From Planctomycetota bacterium (GTDB lineage: Bacteria > Planctomycetota > UBA8108 > SXIK01), in assembly GCA_965223265.1 (NCBI GenBank), contig OZ244999.1, positions 800,001-864,000 of the forward strand: a DNA stretch of 64,000 nt, read 5' to 3'. Positions 59,636-64,000 of the stretch are shown piece after piece. How positions within the stretch are numbered: position 1 is the stretch's first letter; each line of letters starts with the position of its first letter. The notes beneath the pieces are model-generated. The model ran no database searches and had not been told where the DNA came from. It saw only the letters and a program-made list of their open reading frames with translations. Made by a program: the position numbers and the translations under genes.

Positions 59636-59690
59636 CGGGTTCGTACGCAGCCAGTGGTGGGTGTCGTCGTGGCGCGCTTGTTGCCCGGTG

Positions 59691-62600
59691 ATGGGGATTA
59701 GCGCGTTTGCCGTCGCCTCGATCTTGGCCGCGGCGGTCGTCGCCGTCACGATTCTGTCGCCGTCGCGGGCTGATGCGGACGCGACGGCGATCGCGACTGC
59801 CCCCACGACTGAGCCCAAGCCGCGGCTCATCGTCAGCGGCGATTCCGGTTCGATGGCGTCGCCAGACGCAGCGACGCTACATCTCCCCGACGTCGCCTTC
59901 GATCTTCAGGTTGGGTATGGGTACGTCGGTGGCACCCTCCACGAGCTTCCCGGCGCGCATGTCGTGGGCGGCGCCTTGGAGTGGCCGGTGCGTTGGCGCA
60001 GCGGCGTCGAGCGGTATGTAATTCGGCTGCCGCGCGGCCGATATGTCGTCGAGCTGACAACGATCGAGGTGGAGCTCGCCGGCCGAGGCCTTCGGGTTTT
60101 CGACGTTATTGCAGAAGGCAAAACTCTGTTCGGCAGTGTTGATCCGTTCGAGCTGGTCGGTGACTTTCACTGGTTGACGCTGAGCGGCGAGGTGTCGGTT
60201 CATGACGGTTGGCTCGACCTTGAGTTGAAGCCGAAGCCCGAGTCCCAGCCGCCGTGCCTTGCACGGCTAAGGATTTCCCCTCGTCGCGAGGCGGAGAGTG
60301 ACCGTGAACCCGCACCGGGCGCGCCGCGGCTGGAAGCGACGGGTGCCGTGGACTCAGTTGTCTTGCGCTGGTCGCCACACCCCGAGCACGGAACGAGCCG
60401 TGAATTCTGGATCTTGCGATCGACGTCGCCTGAGGGGCCGTTCCGCAGTCTCTCAAACAAGCCGATTCATGGCAGCCACTACGTTGACGGCGAGGTAGAA
60501 GCCGGTACGACCTACTACTACCAGCTGCAGTACCAGACAGCGTTCGGACGCCAGAGCGAGTTCTCCGCGCCGCACCCAGCGACACCGATCGCCGCTGATG
60601 ATGCTCCGTGGCCGATCTACCGCTTCTATGTTGACGAATCTGACTTGAGTCGGATCGGCTTGCGGCACCGAAAACAGCTGGTGCCGGCGAGGCTTTTCGT
60701 CGACGGAGAGCTCTATCACACCCTGATGCGCTACGACCACTCGCCTTCGAAGTGGCAGCGGAAGAAAAGCTACGTCGTGCGCCTCGATGCGACGAAGACG
60801 CGTTCTTTTCAGCGCCGCCGTCGTTTCTATCTCAGCGCCGAGGCTGGTGACGCAAGTTTTTCTCGGCAGCTCTTATCGACCCGCGTCGCGGGCGAGCTGG
60901 GGCTGAAGACACCGGGATTCAAACCGGTGCTAGTCTTCGTGAACGACCGCCTCCAAGGAGTCTATCTCGACCGTGAGAAACTCGGGACACGGTTTCGACG
61001 CCGCGTGCGCCTTGAATCACGAAACGGTCTCCTCATTCGCCCTGGGCGACTGGACCATCTGGCTTTGGACTGGGAGCCGTACGGCAACAAGGTCGGCCAA
61101 CCTGGTCGTCTAGACGACTGGACGTATTTCGTTCATGCACTGCACCGCATCGGTAGCGGCGAGATTGGCGATTTTTTGTCACAACATCTCTACTGGGATC
61201 GGTGGGTCGACCGTTCGGTGCTTTGGACCGTCGGTGGCGAGTCGAAGTTGAAGCTCCGGGATGTCTACTTCCTGGAGGACGCGAGAAATCGACGCTGGGA
61301 GCGTTTTCGGCAGGAATTCGACAGCGATCAATGGGGACTCAGGGACTTCGCGTCGCAGCCGCAGTTCGTTGATGACGCTGCGGCTGCGATCCGTCGCAGT
61401 TGTTTTCGGCCGGGAGTCGGCGGGACGTGGACTGTGCTGGAGACACGGCTTTGGAATCACGATGGGCTGCGTCGTCGCTACCTGCGGCGACTTCTCGAAC
61501 TCCTCGACACGAAGCTTGCTGTGGATAGGGTGGCGAGTCTTGCCGATGAATTGTTCCGAAGTTCCCACGATTTGGTCGCGATGGACCCGCTCCACTTTCG
61601 TCGCCGCGACGCGGATGTCGCGGACGCCGCTGTGCTCGCAGAACGCTTCCGTGCTGCCTATGAGGAGCGAGTCGATCGACTTCGTGCTGCGTCGAGCGCT
61701 GAGCTGGCAAGCGAACCAAGCGGCCTGCGTCTGAGCGAGATTCTGCTGCGGCCGACCGAGGGACCGGCGTGGATTGAGCTCGAGAATCGCAGCCCTCACC
61801 CGATTGATCTCGGTGAATTCGCTCTGGGAACTCTAGGCGGCACCGACTCGTATCTGCAGCTGCCGCGACGCTTGCTGGCGCCGGGCGAATTCCTCCGTCA
61901 AGCGCTTACCTCGCCGGCGACGTATTCACCGTCGGGCGGCACCGTCGCTCTGCATCACGTCGGGTCGCAGGTCTCCAGCCCGGGTGCGGCGACGCTTGTG
62001 GACCTGCTATTCTACGGTCACCAGAGCTCGGATCTCTCCTATGGCCGCCTAGCGGCTGGGGGGGCGTGGGGCTATCTGGCACGTGCGACGCCGGCTGCGA
62101 CCAATGACGACCGTCGCCTCAGAGCGCCTCATTACACCTTTCGCGCCGCAGTCGAAGAGCAGAGCGCCGAGAGACTTGAACTGTCGATTTCGCTTCACGG
62201 GCCGGACAACACCGTCTACGCTGCGGCCGAAGCGGTCGAGGTCCAGCTGCGCGCGAGCGGGGCGAAGTCGTTCACCGCGTTCGAAATGGTTTGGCAGCCG
62301 CGGCGCTTTCGATTCGTGGCGTCCATCGATCGAGGCTCGGTGGAGCTTCCCGCGGACTACTACTTCTTGGCTCGGACGAAGGATGGCGTTGAGCAGGTCT
62401 ACCCTCTCGTGGCTCCCGATTTGACGTACCGACTTGTGGAACCCCCGGGCGTGTGGATCAACGAGGTGCTGCCGCGCCCCGATCGCGCCTCTGGACAGCG
62501 CGAGTTCATCGAGATTTTCAACGCTACGGATCAGACCGTTGACCTGGGAGGGTACTTTCTCTCGGATGATCGCGATCTGCCGCGAAAGTGGCGGATTCCC

Positions 62601-62903
62601 TCGAAGACTCAGATCGCGCCGGGAGATTACTATGTGGTCGTCGCCGACGATCTTGACTCGGACAAGGTTGATGGGAGAGAACACACCAATTTCAGCCTGT
62701 CGAATTCCGGGGAGTTCTTAGGCCTGTACTCGCGCGCAAGTGAGGGGTCTCTACTCGTCGACTCGATCGTCTTTCGCGCCACGCAGGTCGGCAAGTCATG
62801 GGGGAGAGAGCCAGGGCGGAAGCGCAGCTCCCGGCAGTGGAAGGACCCCACGCCAGGTGCTAAGAACCTTCCGAAGATTCCGAACGAACTACTTGAGAAG
62901 TGA
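59691..62903 (+). CDS. Secreted protein with malectin-like, FN3, CotH-like and two lamin-tail domains
   Basis: Signal/TM; 'GLRVFDVIAEG' (malectin-like); 'YVDGEVEAGTTYYY' (FN3); 'KKSY', 'VFVNDRLQGVY' (CotH-like); 'WINEVL...FIEIFN...DLGGYFLSDD...HTNFSLSNSGE' (LTD). Confidence 0.8.
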   Translation: MGISAFAVASILAAAVVAVTILSPSRADADATAIATAPTTEPKPRLIVSGDSGSMASPDAATLHLPDVAFDLQVGYGYVGGTLHELPGAHVVGGALEWPVRWRSGVERYVIRLPRGRYVVELTTIEVELAGRGLRVFDVIAEGKTLFGSVDPFELVGDFHWLTLSGEVSVHDGWLDLELKPKPESQPPCLARLRISPRREAESDREPAPGAPRLEATGAVDSVVLRWSPHPEHGTSREFWILRSTSPEGPFRSLSNKPIHGSHYVDGEVEAGTTYYYQLQYQTAFGRQSEFSAPHPATPIAADDAPWPIYRFYVDESDLSRIGLRHRKQLVPARLFVDGELYHTLMRYDHSPSKWQRKKSYVVRLDATKTRSFQRRRRFYLSAEAGDASFSRQLLSTRVAGELGLKTPGFKPVLVFVNDRLQGVYLDREKLGTRFRRRVRLESRNGLLIRPGRLDHLALDWEPYGNKVGQPGRLDDWTYFVHALHRIGSGEIGDFLSQHLYWDRWVDRSVLWTVGGESKLKLRDVYFLEDARNRRWERFRQEFDSDQWGLRDFASQPQFVDDAAAAIRRSCFRPGVGGTWTVLETRLWNHDGLRRRYLRRLLELLDTKLAVDRVASLADELFRSSHDLVAMDPLHFRRRDADVADAAVLAERFRAAYEERVDRLRAASSAELASEPSGLRLSEILLRPTEGPAWIELENRSPHPIDLGEFALGTLGGTDSYLQLPRRLLAPGEFLRQALTSPATYSPSGGTVALHHVGSQVSSPGAATLVDLLFYGHQSSDLSYGRLAAGGAWGYLARATPAATNDDRRLRAPHYTFRAAVEEQSAERLELSISLHGPDNTVYAAAEAVEVQLRASGAKSFTAFEMVWQPRRFRFVASIDRGSVELPADYYFLARTKDGVEQVYPLVAPDLTYRLVEPPGVWINEVLPRPDRASGQREFIEIFNATDQTVDLGGYFLSDDRDLPRKWRIPSKTQIAPGDYYVVVADDLDSDKVDGREHTNFSLSNSGEFLGLYSRASEGSLLVDSIVFRATQVGKSWGREPGRKRSSRQWKDPTPGAKNLPKIPNELLEK

Positions 62904-62928
62904 ACGTTACCTGGTTGTCGCGGAATTG

Positions 62929-64000
62929 ATGGTGCTCGAGAAGCAAGAAGTCGCGCTGTTTCGCTATCGCAAGGGAGTTCGCGTTGGCTACTGCATCGAT
63001 CGCACCGCCGACAAGGTCCGCCTTGCCATAGGACGCGATCGCAGTGTGACGGTGCCGCGTGAGAACGTCCTGTTTCGATCGGGCGAGAAAGTCGTCGACC
63101 ATGCCGAGTTCGCGCAGTTCGCGCGCGAAGTGGATGAGCTTGCGGCGCGGCTCGATTTGTCAGAAGTGTGGGAGCTGACCGGTGACGATCGCACGGGGAT
63201 CTCGTTCGACGATCTGGCTTCATTGGTTGATCTCGTCGATGGGCGCGGCCGCACGGCGCTCCTTCTTCACCTCCACGGCGAGGACTGTATGTACTTCGCG
63301 TCTGAAGGTGAGCTGTGGGTTCCGGCGACGGCGGACTCCGTGCAAAAGGTCAAAGAGAAGGTAGAACGTCAGCGAGCGGAAGCTGAGGAACTGACCGCTT
63401 TCACCGCATGGTTCTGCCACGACAAACCATCTGAGCCGCTTGAGATGACGGCGAGGCAGCGCACGTGGCTCGAGAGTTTGCGCCGTTTCGTCATTGCGGG
63501 AGAGGAAGCGGAAAGGGACGGCTGGGTTCGGGGGTTCTTGGCCCAGTTCAAGCGTTCCGATCCGAGGCGTTTTGTTTTCGAGCGCTTAGTGCACCTTGGC
63601 CAGTTCGCTCCAGATGAGCATTTGGAACTCTCACGTTTGGGTGTCAAGAGCCATTTTGCGGACGAGGTGACGGTCGCCGCCGCTGAGCCGATCGTGATCA
63701 GTGACAACGATGACGGACTCGTCGAGGTTCCTGTGTTCTCGATCGATAGCGAGACGACTTTTGATATCGACGATGCGCTCTCATTCGAATCCACCACATC
63801 GGGGTGGCGCTTAGGCATCCACGTCACGGATTTGACCGATGTCGTCACGAAGGATGGAGTTTTGGACGCGGCCGCACGCGAACGGCGGCTGTCCCTCTAC
63901 TTTCCCGAGGCGATCTTGCCAATGTTGCCGACCAGCCTCTCGTCGGGAAGCGCGAGTCTGTTGCCGGAAGCTGAGAGGAGGGCCCTGAGCCTCTACGTCG
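62929..64000 (+). CDS. RNB-domain exoribonuclease (RNase II/R family), 3'-truncated
   Basis: Not in the ORF track because it has no stop in the window; my translation gives 'LDLSEVWEL', 'FSIDSETTFDIDDALS', 'LGIHVTD', 'SLYFPEAILPMLP'. Confidence 0.9.
   Translation, partial: MVLEKQEVALFRYRKGVRVGYCIDRTADKVRLAIGRDRSVTVPRENVLFRSGEKVVDHAEFAQFAREVDELAARLDLSEVWELTGDDRTGISFDDLASLVDLVDGRGRTALLLHLHGEDCMYFASEGELWVPATADSVQKVKEKVERQRAEAEELTAFTAWFCHDKPSEPLEMTARQRTWLESLRRFVIAGEEAERDGWVRGFLAQFKRSDPRRFVFERLVHLGQFAPDEHLELSRLGVKSHFADEVTVAAAEPIVISDNDDGLVEVPVFSIDSETTFDIDDALSFESTTSGWRLGIHVTDLTDVVTKDGVLDAAARERRLSLYFPEAILPMLPTSLSSGSASLLPEAERRALSLYV

Overview
GC-rich bacterial chromosomal window, most likely from an uncultured Planctomycetota (inferred from FxRGD dockerin-like domains, a vWA/BatA-type membrane operon, an ECF sigma with C-terminal extension, and DUF4388 and CotH/lamin-tail proteins). 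In order it holds: a vWA/BatA-type envelope operon (1-9044); an internally deleted IS21-like element with two zinc-finger ORFs and a structured ~260-nt non-coding leader (9046-10432); a membrane-anchored ECF sigma; a dockerin-like secreted protein; ilvBN-ltaE; a surface-polysaccharide/branched-sugar locus (18.6-30.2 kb); recD2 and DUF72; an FG-GAP/trypsin operon; a glucose dehydrogenase between inverted copies of a MITE-like element plus a nest of CTAR-flanked MITEs; DUF4388-TPR, GNAT and dockerin/beta-propeller genes; RND and ABC genes; an Lnt-like probable pseudoenzyme; an HNH endonuclease flanked on both sides by predicted structured RNAs; a degenerate CotH/LTD protein; and a truncated RNase II/R. 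I found no rRNA, canonical tRNA or CRISPR array. The best candidates for something undescribed are the HNH plus flanking structured RNAs, the zinc-finger/structured-leader IS21 variant, and the MITE cluster. All product calls come from motif recognition by eye and all RNA folds from manual pairing; no database search or folding program was run.
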